Of a stretch of 64,000 nucleotides of DNA, positions 1-12,057 are shown one piece after another; position 1 is the first letter of the stretch; the number at the start of each line of letters is the position of its first letter. This stretch comes from Nemertoderma westbladi (taxonomy: Eukaryota > Animalia > Xenacoelomorpha), in contig JAUCBJ010008689.1 of NCBI GenBank assembly GCA_032718475.1, positions 1 through 64,000 on the forward strand, written 5' to 3'. The notes under the pieces were generated by a model, which did not search any database, was not told the origin of the DNA, and worked only from the letters and a program-made list of their open reading frames with translations. Position numbers and translations under genes: made by a program.

Positions 1-1308
1 TTCAATCCAATGCAGAGCTATACTTTACTATATACAAATCTCCGTTCGCTTAACCTGTACTGCTGTTAACTGTATGCTTATAACGAATTAAAACTTAAAT
101 TTCACTAAAAAAATCACCCCGAGTAGTTTCACCCCCGGTTAAAATACCCTAGGCCTAGTGAATTCTAACCGTGGGGTGAAAATACCATTTTTGATTTAAA
201 AAAAGAAGAAAGACCATTTATCCAATTTTGGACTTTAGGTCCAATTTTGACTTTCCTTCAGTAGGCTGGTAGGTAGACTACCTACAGACCTACTGCTACT
301 ACAATTACTATACAACAATGGAATTGATAGCCTTTGGTCTGATAGCAGGATAGTATACGGTACTACTGTACTACACTGACCGCTAATCAGCTAAAGAAAG
401 GTACGGTACATCTGTACATGGTTAGAGATATGCATTGTACGGTAAAACGAACTTAGATCCTGAAAGCCTGCTAAACAGCGCATCTTGACGGGACACACAC
501 ACACTGCACTGCTGCACACGGGTGTACATACACTGTACTGCAGTATGCAGACCTACACCTACTGACATACCATACAACTGTACGTACAAGGAATGAAAGA
601 GTCTGCCTGTGCGTTGCCAACACTACAGCACTACCTGACAGCCTGTCTACTGGCTGTCGGCTGATGCAATAACCAGTACTTTCATGTATTTCTGTATTTG
701 TAGGCCTAACTTCTCATGTTCTCTGCTTGTTGCGCCATCGGCGCAACAGAAATGGAATGTCATAGAACGCAACAGAATGTACAAGCCAATGGAATTAGAG
801 TGGCATGTATAAACCAATCTTAGGTTGTTGCGCTGTTGCGCCAATGTTGTTCATTGGTTATTGGGCTGTTGCGCTGTTGCGCCGTTGCGCTGTTGCGCCG
901 TTGCGCTGTTGCGTGTTTTCCAGGAAGCCATTTATTATCGGCAGTGATTTTTTATGTCCTTTTATTTGGCTTTTTTTGTCCTCCTTTTTTTAAGAATTGT
1001 GCATAATGACTTTTGTTGTCCCTTTAATGACTTTTGTTGTCCTTTTAATAACTTTTTATGTATGTATTTCTTCAAACTGTCAGACTGCTGATTTCTGGAC
1101 TGTCAGACAGTTGCTTTCAACATCCCTATGCCAAAACATTCAAATTTGTTGATTTCTGGTCTGTCGGACAGGGTATAACTTTTCCCCGTATCCGTATTCG
1201 TATGCATTTGCCGTATCCGTATGTATCCGTATCCTAAAACAAATAAATAAATTACACCTAAAATCAATAGAGCAATCACAATTTATTTATGTGAAACATC
1301 TTCACTTA

Positions 1309-1995
1309 CGGTGGCTGAATTGTGCCACTTAATACTTTTTTTTTATTTTTTTTTTGAAGCGACTTTTTGGTCGACCAAAAAGTACTTTTTGGTCGACCAA
1401 TAAGTCGACTTTTTGGTCGACCAAAAAGTACTTTTTGGTCGACCAAAAAGTACTTTTTGGTCGACCAAAAAGTACTTTTTGGTCGACCAAAAAGTCGACT
1501 TTTTGGTCGACCAAAAAGTACTTTTTGGTCGACCAAAAAGTACTTTTTGGTCGACCAAAAAGTCGACTTTTTGGTCGACCAAAAAGTACTTTTTGGTCGA
1601 CCAAAAAGTCTGGAAGTATTATCCAATAGAAAACATATATATAACTACAGTATTTTGGAGGTAAAATCAAATTACTGTACCGGTGTACATAAAGCTTTGT
1701 TAAACACATTGATCGCTAGGCCTACCGGTACCTAGGATATTAATCCTTCATCATGATAGTGTTACAGTTTTAAATAACCACCTAATTCACTTAATGTAAT
1801 TTGATTTTGCCTCGAAAATAGTTGTATGTTTTCTATTGGATAATACTTCCAGACTTTTTGGTCGACCAAAAAGTACTTTTTGGTCGACCAAAAAGTCGAC
1901 TTATTGGTCGACCAAAAAGTACTTTTTGGTCGACCAAAAAGTCGCTTCAAAAAAAAAATAAAAAAAAAGTATTAAGTGGCACAATTCAGCCACCG
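1309..1995. mobile_element. Foldback/MITE-type non-autonomous DNA transposon (Tc1/mariner-like ends)
   Basis: Termini CGGTGGCTGAATTGTGCCACTTAATAC and GTATTAAGTGGCACAATTCAGCCACCG are inverted copies flanked by TA at 1307-1308 and 1996-1997. The arms stay complementary inward to about 1680/1795 and contain arrays of the palindrome TTTTTGGTCGACCAAAAA. Confidence 0.85.
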
Positions 1996-2139
1996 TATTC
2001 ACTAACATTAATGGAAATTATAAAATTTCCTTGCAGTGGAATTGTATAATTTTTTTACAACGGTTACCTTAATATCTCGTGAAGTTTTTGATATATTTAA
2101 AAATTTGATGCGAGTTCTAGTTACCGAGATATAGCAATT

Positions 2140-2420
2140 AATGTGTAACACGCCGGTGTAAATATTACTAATTTCCCATTGAATCACAGCTTATTGTGAA
2201 ATTAATTAAATTATTCTGGAACATCACCAATTTGCTGCTTACTTTTCCCTACAAAAAGTTATGCAAATTTACGCAGCATTTCCATGAATAAACTTATGAT
2301 CCGCAAAATAAAATCTTATAGACTTTTTTTGGTCATTAATAAGGTAATATAGAATTCAAAATGTGTGGTTCGGATTGATTGCGAAATACTTATGGGTTTT
2401 TTGCTAGATTGACTCGACTA
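2140..2420 (+). repeat. Diverged dispersed repeat, related copy at about 51930-52210
   Basis: Shared AATTAAATTATTCTGGAACA core and similar downstream sequence (TTCCATGAATAAA, TTGCGAA) at both sites. Confidence 0.5.
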
Positions 2421-4099
2421 TAATATATATCAAACTTTTGTAATATCATCAATCTAACGCACAGTTTTTGCAGTTTGATTGTAAATTAAATGGTGTCGGA
2501 CGTTTTGTGTCGGAATTATGGTGTCGGACGTTCCAATTATAACAGACTTATCCAGATTCTTATATATGTACTATTGTGGATAAATTAATGGAAGTATCGT
2601 CCCGTGCTGTTACTCTCCTCCCACCGTCGCACTTAGCGATATCCCCCACCCCCCCCCCCCCCACCCCACCCCCATTCCTGTTACCCCCCACCCCCCAAAC
2701 ACATACAATATTTCAAAATGTTTCAATCTAGATTACTGATAAGCAAAAAGATACTATTATTTTTCTCTCCAAAACAATAAACAGATGTTACCAATTTGGG
2801 GAAAAGAGCAAGTTATGGAGACGGTAAAAATAAGCAATGATGTTATCAAATGAGGGAAATGAGTAATAATACAATTATATACATGGGCTAACAGGAATGG
2901 GGGGGGGGGGGGGGGTAACATTACTTGAGTCTTGAGCGCGACAATATTTATAACAATGACTCATCTTGAAAGTCATATCATTGGCCTAACGAAACAGGTA
3001 ACAGGTAGCAACAGTCAAATAGTAATAGTGATGGTAATACCAACGACTATTCGACATGCTTATCGAATTAGAATTAAATTGATGTTCATTGCCGGTTACC
3101 CTATGGATTCAGTAAATTAGTTTGGTAGACCTTCAAACGTGGGAATCTCGAAACGGTATGTACTACGGATCCTGGCCCTTCCCCGGAACAAATTGGCTAC
3201 TACTTGAGGGAATTAACTATTGTTTTATATGACATTTTAATGCCGGGTAAAGCCATCTAATCATGTTGTACATCCAATCACATTACAGTTACATTTTAGG
3301 TGTCGGACGTTTGTCAAACAAAGGTGCATAATTCTGGGCTTCTGTACATGCCTGTTGCCAAGAGCAACAACCAAAAGCAGAGGCTTTCAGTTCGGCACTG
3401 CAATAACTTCCACAAAACCAACTCTATTTGATTGGCCGTGTAAATAGAAAGAAAATTGTGAAAAAAATGTCGGGACGTTTGTGAAATTTACAAGAGTTTA
3501 TTTAACACCAAATTTTCTTTACATACAAGTATGCACTACCACTTTGTAATAGCTTAATTGATGCAGTAATAGATAACCTTGATATTGATACCGAAAACAT
3601 CAATTTATTCCGGATCAAATTATGACGGATCATAAACTGACTTAATTTTGAAGAATTATCTCAAAAAAAGAGACAGTCTCATTCATTTTACTAAATCTGT
3701 ACAAACGGCCTTAGTGATGACTTTAAAATTTAATATTCATAATCTATGATAAAAATGGCACCAGAAAGTGTATTCAGGGTTAACAAATTATACATTTTAT
3801 TTTTTAACTTTTCTGCCCGTATCTTATGGAATTGACCATATGGATATGCTGTGTCTACACGCCGCGTGAAACTAAAAAGTTTATTACACTGCAGTAATAA
3901 ACTTGTTAGCACTTCCCGCCATAAGTGTTATACATTTCTTTTATTGTTTGTGGTTTTTTCGGCCTAGTGTAGGTCCCCCTGAGAGGCCTACACTACCGGT
4001 GTACTGTACGGTACTAAATTTATTTTCAAAAATTTGAATAACGAGCCTATTTGATATAGGCTCGTGGCAGCCCTCATGGTCATGGGTAGCGCTTGCTGA

Positions 4100-4907
4100 A
4101 AAGGTTATTTAAATATCAGGTGCAAAATACTCGGTTACTCAGTCCGAGAGTAATTTTGTAGGTAGAAAATTACAGTTGACAACGAATCCGGCGACACCGC
4201 GAAGAAGGTGTGGAACGAGCATCAGATAGAGTGGCATTTCCAAACCCCAAAGCCCCCCCCCCCCCCCCCCCCACATTAGCGGAATCTGGGAGAAGCTTAT
4301 CGACCTAGTAAAAATGTCCATGATAATTGCGTTGGGCGACACCAGGGTAACACACGATACGTTGCGCACAATGTTTTGCGAAATTACGGCGATGCTCAAC
4401 AATCGCCCCATCGTACTGATCCGAGATGACCCCACCGATCTCGAACCTCTGACCCCAAACCATCTACTGGGCCGGCCCAAAACCGACATCCTCCCTGGAG
4501 GGATGTTCCCCGACCCCAGCGAGATTAACCGCCACACTACTGACTGGAAGAAGTCACAAGCCCTGGCGGCCCACTGGTGGCAAATATGGTTCTACGAGTA
4601 CCTCATCACCCTACGGACCCGTCGAAAGTGGAACCACACCAATCGCAACATCGTGGTGGGAGACATGGTCCTGGTCAAGGAAGAACTGAGAGACCGCGTA
4701 CATTGGCCCGTGGCACGAGTAACCAAAATATTCCCGAGTAAGGACGGAGTCACTCGCACCGTAATGATACGAACAGCACAGGGCCACTACAAACTCCCAA
4801 TTCAATTGTTATGCCTGCTTGAGGCCATACATGAGGACGTTGAAACCCCAATGGACAACAAACCTTACAACCGCATATCCGAACTCAATGATAGTATAAA
4901 GAAATGA
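4100..4907 (+). mobile_element. BEL/Pao LTR retrotransposon, 3' end of pol (integrase core end plus C-terminal DUF5641-type region), degenerate
   Basis: EWHFQTPKxP..H.SGIWEKL, LNNRP, DPTDLEPLTPNHLLG, WxxWxxEYL, W and VGDMVLVKE..W..ARVTKIFPSKDG.TR.V motifs are typical of Pao integrases. A poly-C run at about 4253-4272 interrupts the coding sequence. Confidence 0.9.
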
Positions 4908-5100
4908 AGTCAATCATATAAAGTGGAATACCAGTTCATAAAGTTGACAAATGATAATTATGAAATGATGACGAGTTATGGACTTTCTACGAAAACCGTA
5001 ATGATACAACTCACCTAAACCATCAGGATTACTTTCCTTTGTGATGTACACAAAGTCCAGCGTCACCCTGCGGAATGTTCACGATGACCGTAGGGTGGAA

Positions 5101-5653
5101 TGTATCAATGGCAGCGTATTTGTATTTAATCGACGTCACCTATGAGCTATGACCATATCAGCATTATGAAGTTGAGTATTGCGAATTTCATTGTAACCAT
5201 AGTGGTGGTTTGTACTCTAGGTGTGGGCCTAGAGTGGTGTAAATAGCCCGCTGTCTCCATTGAGTTTATTCTCCATCCTTTAAGTTGTGTGTCCCAAATT
5301 GTTGGTCTTCGCTCTGGGGTGGCCTAGAGCGGTGTAACTAGCCCGCTGTCTCCATTGAGTTTATTCTCCATCCTTTAAGTTGTTTGTCCCAAATTGTTGG
5401 TCTTCGCTCTGGGGTGGCCTAGAGCGGTGTAACTAGCCCGCAGTCTCCATTGAGATTATTCTCAATCCTCATGTTGTTTGTCCCGAATCGTTGGTTTTCG
5501 CTCTGGGGTGGCCTAGAGCGGTGCAACTAGCCCTCTGTCGCCTCCAGTTGGATTTCTATCCTTTATGTTGTCATCTTTTCATTGCGCTACACTCTAGGGG
5601 CGGTCTATAGTGGTGTAACTAGCCCGCTGTGCATCTAAGCTTGCTACACAACA
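5101..5653 (+). mobile_element. Putative 3' LTR of the BEL/Pao element
   Basis: Purine tract AGGGTGGAA directly followed by TGT at 5101. Candidate end ...ACAACA at 5653 is uncertain. Contains about 4 tandem 95-bp units (about 5220-5630). Confidence 0.6.
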
Positions 5654-5679
5654 AACTCTATTCGCAATCCATTTGTACC

Positions 5680-7131
5680 AAGGTCGAAATAGTCCATAAA
5701 GCCGGCGTATATTACCCTATAAAGACGTTGTTGATATTATTACCGAACGTCAATTATCCCGAACTTAATGATCTAAAGACAGCCCGGAGGCATTATAATA
5801 CCCGACTTAATGAAAGCCGGGGTCGGCTATAAATACCGCAATGATAGCTGGGGGCGGCTATAAACACCGCAATGATAGCTGGGGGCGGCTATAAATACCG
5901 CAATGATAGCTGGGGGCGGCTATAAATACCGCGATGATAGCTGGGGGCGGCTATAAACACCGCAATGATAGCTGGGGGCGGCTATAAACACCGCAATGAT
6001 AGCTGGGGGCGGCTATAAATACCGCAATGATAGCTGGGGGCGGCTATAAACACCGCAATGATAGCTGGGGGCGGCTATAAACACCGCAATGATAGCTGGG
6101 GGCGGCTATAAACACCGCAATGATAGCTGGGGGCGGCTATAAACACCGCAATGATAGCTGGGGGCGGCTATAAACACCGCAATGATAGCTGGGGGCGGCT
6201 ATAAACACCGCAATGATAGCTGGGGGCGGCTATAAACACCGCAATGATAGCTGGGGGCGGCTATAAACACCGCAATGATAGCTGGGGGCGGCTATAAACA
6301 CCGCAATGATAGCTGGGGGCGGCTATAAACACCGCAATGATAGCTGGGGGCGGCTATAAACACCGCAATGATAGCTGGGGGCGGCTATAAACACCGCAAT
6401 GATAGCTGGGGGCGGCTATAAACACCGCAATGATAGCTGGGGGCGGCTATAAACACCGCAATGATAGCTGGGGGCGGCTATAAACACCGCAATGATAGCT
6501 GGGGGCGGCTATAAACACCGCAATGATAGCTGGGGGCGGCTATAAACACCGCAATGATAGCTGGGGGCGGCTATAAATACCGCAATGATAACTGGGGGCG
6601 GCTATAAATACCGCGATGATAGCTGGGGGCGGCTATAAACACCGCAATGATAGCTGGGGGCGGCTATAAACACCGCAATGATAGCTGGGGGCGGCTATAA
6701 ATACCGCAATGATAGCTGGGGGCGGCTATAAATACCGCAATGATAGCTGGGGGCGGCTATAAACACCGCAATGATAGCTGGGGGCGGCTATAAACACCGC
6801 AATGATAGCTGGGGGCGGCTATAAACACCGCAATGATAGCTGGGGGCGGCTATAAACACCGCAATGATAGCCGCGAGGGCTTAAAACTCAATGAAACCTG
6901 AAAAGGGCAAAAAAAGGTGTATAATGCGATAATAAACCCATAAAAAAGGAGAAAATGCGATGAAAAGACAATAAAAAGGTGTATAATGCGACAGTAAACC
7001 CATAAAAAAGGAGAAAATGCGATGAAAAGACAATAAAAAGGTGTATAATGCGATAGTAAACCCATTAAAAAAGGAGAAAATGCGATGAAAAAACAATAAA
7101 AAGCTAGATCCGCTTTTGCGGATCTAGCTAG
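5680..7131 (+). mobile_element. Probable non-autonomous Helitron carrying the 31-bp array and three A-rich units of about 62 bp
   Basis: Perfect hairpin AGCTAGATCCGC-TTTT-GCGGATCTAGCT (7102-7129) running into CTAG|T, a Helitron-type 3' signature. The 5' end was not identified. Confidence 0.6.
5825..6870. repeat. 31-bp minisatellite GCTATAAAYACCGCAATGATAGCTGGGGGCG, about 33 copies
   Basis: Directly visible, near-identical tandem units. Confidence 0.97.
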
Positions 7132-8069
7132 TTATTTTCCCCGCAAAGTACTCTGTAGGTGTTTTAGCGGACATAAAAAGCCGTTTCCTTACTGTACAGG
7201 TGTTTTAGTGGACATCAAAAGCCATTTCTTCTGTATGTGTACTTTAGCGGACATAACTAGCGATTTTATGTCGCAATACGCCAAAATACTCTTGATACAG
7301 TGTAGTTCCGATGACGACATCTATCAGCTGATATGTCCACGTGTAACTTTTTCTTTGTTCTTTGTTCGGCTCACTCGACCAATGAGAGCGATTTTCTTTG
7401 TGTTGGACAGTGCATATAGAAACTCACGCAATTCAGTCAGTGTGTATTTTCCTAAGCCTAGAACACCGGCTGTGGAATTATTCTGTGTTTCAGACTTTAG
7501 CCAAACATTAGAACGGCTTTGATCATAGAAACGTATAACTGTTATCACAGTACATCACGATATAACTCAATGCATTAAGACCTTTCACCGCATTATTTTA
7601 CTGCTATTTACTGTTGGTTATTATGGTTTATAAGTTGATGGAATATTGTTATATTTGGAGAATATCGATAAATAATCATAAAACCCCAATCTTCTTGATA
7701 TACTGAAGGTTAGAGAGACCGGTTACATATAGCAATTGCGACTTACATTAGAGTGGTTTTGGAGTGAATTGAATGCTATTTCATAGGCCCTACATGTGTC
7801 GGTTGCTGTTCTCTTTATATGTGACTAAAATTAGTGAAGGTTGGCAGATCAGTGCGCAGCAGTGTGAGGTAGTGTGCATGAGTGTGACAGATAACAAAGC
7901 ATTTCCTAAAGAATGCGCCTTATACGTAAATCATAAGCCATCCTGTTGTGTTTAGTGTAAGTCATAACTCTGTTTACATACTTAGAGCGCCACGTCCTAA
8001 AGGAACTGTTGATATTTCCTGAAAGTGAATAATATTTGTCAGAGATTATATATTAACGATCAATCGAAT

Positions 8070-8611
8070 AATACAGTAGGCCTACACCGCAATAAGGTCA
8101 GAGCTTCCGAATCCAGTCTCCCGGGTATATCCAGCGGGTGAATGGTCGCGCATAGGCTGGCTTCGGCTAATGTACAGTAGTGTATCCAATACTCGTCATA
8201 GGCTAAAGTCGATTTATAACCTAGAAGACACCTAAATTTGGCAGGTTAAACTGCTAAAGGTCTGAAAGCGCGAACAAAAAGTTGTATAATGTGATGAAAT
8301 CACAACAAAAAGAAGAAAATGAAATATAAAAAGAAATAAAAAGGTAAATAAAGAAATGAGAAAAAAGCGATAAAAAAGAAAATGTAATTTAAATTAAATG
8401 TGATATGAATTAAACGAAATATGTGATATAAAGAAAATGATGTAAAGAAAATGGGTATAAAAATAAATGTATATAAAGAAAATAATTAAAAAGACAATAA
8501 AAAATATAAAAGACAAAGAAAATGCATAAAAGAAAATGAAGCCGTATAGAAAACCAATTTAAAAAAGTGTTTGTTCGACAGATCGAAATAGAAGCCAAAC
8601 GGGTTGTCTAG
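8070..8611 (+). mobile_element. Diverged Helitron-like 3' fragment related to the 6900-7131 region
   Basis: A-rich AAAAAGTTGTATAATGTGATGAAA units resemble 6900-7100. Ends ...AAACGGGTTGTCTAG|T; the hairpin is decayed. Confidence 0.45.
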
Positions 8612-9539
8612 TAACCTAAACTGATTCTCGCTGCAGACCATCTCGTTGTTTGAATAGCTGATTTCTAATTGTGCCATCGTGAATAGGTAACTCATGTTAG
8701 GAAACAAATAAATAAATACTTTTAAGAAAAATAACTAAAACTTTTTAACAATAAAAATTAGACAATGAAAGGGATTATGGTAAACAGGGGCTATTATAGA
8801 GGTAGATTAGTAGTTTGGTGTAGCTAATCAGAGAGCAGATGTAAGTAAAGCAGCCAATCAGAGAGCAGATGTAAGTAAAGCAGCCAATGAGAAACCAGCG
8901 TTGATGACGTCATATGAGGCGAAATGTAGCTTGCTTAATGTTATCAATGGTAGCCAATGTGGCGCCAAAGATGACGTCACCAAAGGAGGGCCGGGCCGCA
9001 GCAGAGTAATTAGTAAGCAGTATAGGACCTGTGTATGTATACCCTACAGCGAGATACGAGGACGAGTTGAAACTTGTCCAATGGATTAAGCGGCAGCCAG
9101 GATGGTGCCATCAATGACGTCATCAATGATGTCATTCGGGAAGTAATAAATAAAACTATCTATTAGTAAATCTAAAAATAGAAATCAATTTATAAATTAA
9201 ATAAGTAATACAATTAAATAAAGTAAAATTAATATAATTAATTAATTTAAAATAAATACAATTAATTAATTTAAAATAAATAAAATTAATTAATTTAATT
9301 TTGGTGTCACAGCGCCAATTGGGCTGATTAATTAGGATAATCAATCAAACCCTAATTAGGAGTCATATGACACCTATTAGGGATTAAATGTACTAATTAA
9401 TTGATGACACCTGTCAATTAGAGTCCAATTAGGTGTCACCCAGACACTCTGGCGCCAATGACACCCTATGGGTGATAATTGGGTGTCAGTGGGTCCAACT
9501 GTCGCAAAGCCGCCCAAGCCTATACTACTAGCATGTCCA

Positions 9540-9790
9540 ATAGATGTTCCATATGGGGTGTCGACGAAATTTTGATTGAGTGAATTCTACGATTATGATC
9601 GGAAATTATACAATTAATTTCACTGTTGCTAGGCAACCAGAAGGCCCCTCGCAACACTTGCATACACAACTAGGTCCGTTAATGAAGCTATCATCAAAGT
9701 GTCATCCAATTCCATCAACATTAAGTGCCAGAAGTTGTGTGTACAAACAAACAAACAAACACGTGTGAGAAATAAGGTTCAAATTTTGAT
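9540..9790 (+). mobile_element. Possible Helentron/DINE-like non-autonomous fragment
   Basis: GTTGCTAGGCAAC, AAAGTGTCATCCAATTCCATCAA and a terminal (ACAA)n microsatellite, an arrangement common in such elements. Recognised by eye only. Confidence 0.35.
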
Positions 9791-12057
9791 TCACTGCGTC
9801 ATTTTTTAAGTAACTCCTAGGGTTTACCCTAATGCCACATTTTTAACTTGTTTATTTTTATTAATATTATTTGTACTGAACCACTATCTGACTTCATGCC
9901 CTTCTGTACTTCAATACTAAATTTATTATGTTAATACATACGCTATATGTGCAATTTATATATTAAATATCACTCAATCCAGTTTATTCCCCTTTACTCT
10001 GCAAATAAATAATTCTAATTCCAATCTCGTTCAAACTTGCATCAGTTTGATTCATAAAAAAATGGCAAGGAAGGTCAAAGGGGATAATATGAAATTGAAA
10101 TAGTATGAAATGAAGTAATATTTATAATAATGTTTGTGTAGTACACACTGCTGATGGATAATACAATTTCAATCGTATCGCATTAAGTCAGCATACTGGA
10201 ATTGGAATTGTCTTAGATAACCAACTAGTAGACATGGATTACTTATTTGTGAATGGACCAATGGCTGATTGGCATAAGACAATGCCAGAAAAAGACCGCC
10301 TTTATAAGTAAATCTTGGCCATGTGATGTTCTTATTTAATTTATTGGTTTAGAGAGATATTTTAGTTAGTGCTTAATAGCAATGCAACGGACTAGCAGAC
10401 TGGGCAATATTAAGTAACTGAAAGTAACACCACCGTAGGTCAGTACAGTAGGTGTCTGATCTGATATTAGAGTTTACATTAGGCTACCAGTACCGGTATA
10501 TCTGTAGTGTGTGTATGTGTGTACCAAGTGCCAAGGTAGGTTACAGGGTTAGCAGTTAGGTACTGAGGTAGGTCTGTCTTTCTAGGTAGGCCTATACAGC
10601 TATAGTACAGTAGTATTCAGTCAATAGTCTAGTCAGCCTATAGTGTATAGTCAGATAGTATATTCAGCCAAGAGCAGTATACTGGTACTGTCAGACTGGT
10701 GTAGTATATGGTCTGATAGTCAGATAGTATATTTGCACTACAGCACTAGCAGTACAGCAGTAAGTAGGCGTACGCGTACTACTGTACTGTACTATCAGAC
10801 TGTAGTAGGACAGTAGGATACCTGTGGCTGTGGGTGTCGCTGTCGCGATGTCGCGGGTACAGTGTAAGGATAACTGGATGACAGGATGATGGAGTACATG
10901 CCTGACAGAACTGCAGAAGTACGTACCGGTACCTGCACCTGGCTGCCTGGGTTGCTGGTTTACAGTGTTAGCGGTAGGCCTACCTGCCTACCTACAGACC
11001 CGTAACTACAACGCTACATCTACGCACTGACGTAAGGTAGATCTGTAGATGGCACTAGATGGCAGGACAGCAGGATGGCGCGTATGGGGGCCGACAGGCC
11101 GACCGACTAACGAGACGAGGCCGAGCACATAGTAATTGCAGAATTGGTAATCTTACCCGACCCATGCAGCCATGCGCCTGGTGGAATTGCCAGATTGCTA
11201 CATCAGTCAGTCAGTAGCCTACATAGTAGGCCCTACATACTACATACAGACTGACAGACATGAAGCTCTGAAGTTTCTTCGGATTTGAGAAATACAGAAA
11301 TGCCCGGCGTAATGACGATTTTGCGCTGCGCAGCGTGACAAGTCTACACCGTCGAACCGGCGGCGCGGGTTCGTTCGGCGGCGTTAAAGTTAGTGCAAAG
11401 TTAGAACAAGAATTTGCCACAAAAAATGTCGCTTTTTTGCTAACAATACTGCAATAGCAATAGTGCCCACCTGACCAGTACAGGCAGACAGGTACCGGCA
11501 GACCGGTAGCTATATTATATATTTTTAACTACATTACAGCATTACTGTACGGTATGATTCTTTGTGTAAAATTTTTGTAAAAATTTTAAATATAGTTTTT
11601 ATGTTTAATTAATTGTCGTGCCAGATATGTTCATAATTGTAATTCTACTGTATATGTGCAAAATTTAATATTTTATTGTTATTCTGGCGATATTAATACC
11701 ATTACGTAACGTAACGTAACTGCAGTAGGTCTGGTTTACCCTTCACCCAATGAAGGGCACGACTGTTCAGTAGGCCTAGCTTTAAATTCTAATCTTCAAA
11801 TTGTATGTATTAGTTTAACCTTTAGGAGGACAGGTATGGTGAGTCAGTAAGGCAGTAAGTGTGTAAGGTAACCTGATTTAGTCCTATATATTTCACCTTT
11901 ATTAACATATAAATCGTTACTGGTATATTATATTTTGTTGTTATTTATCTGCCAAATTAGCGGTATATACCGGGTACCGGACAGCCGGAAGGCCTATTCA
12001 CTCGACGGGTTGAAACTTAAACAATAAACTGGTAGTTATGAATGGCTTCATCACATC

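Noticed and set aside
1306-2049. Many overlapping ORFs on both strands
   Set aside because: Artefact of the palindromic array in the foldback element.
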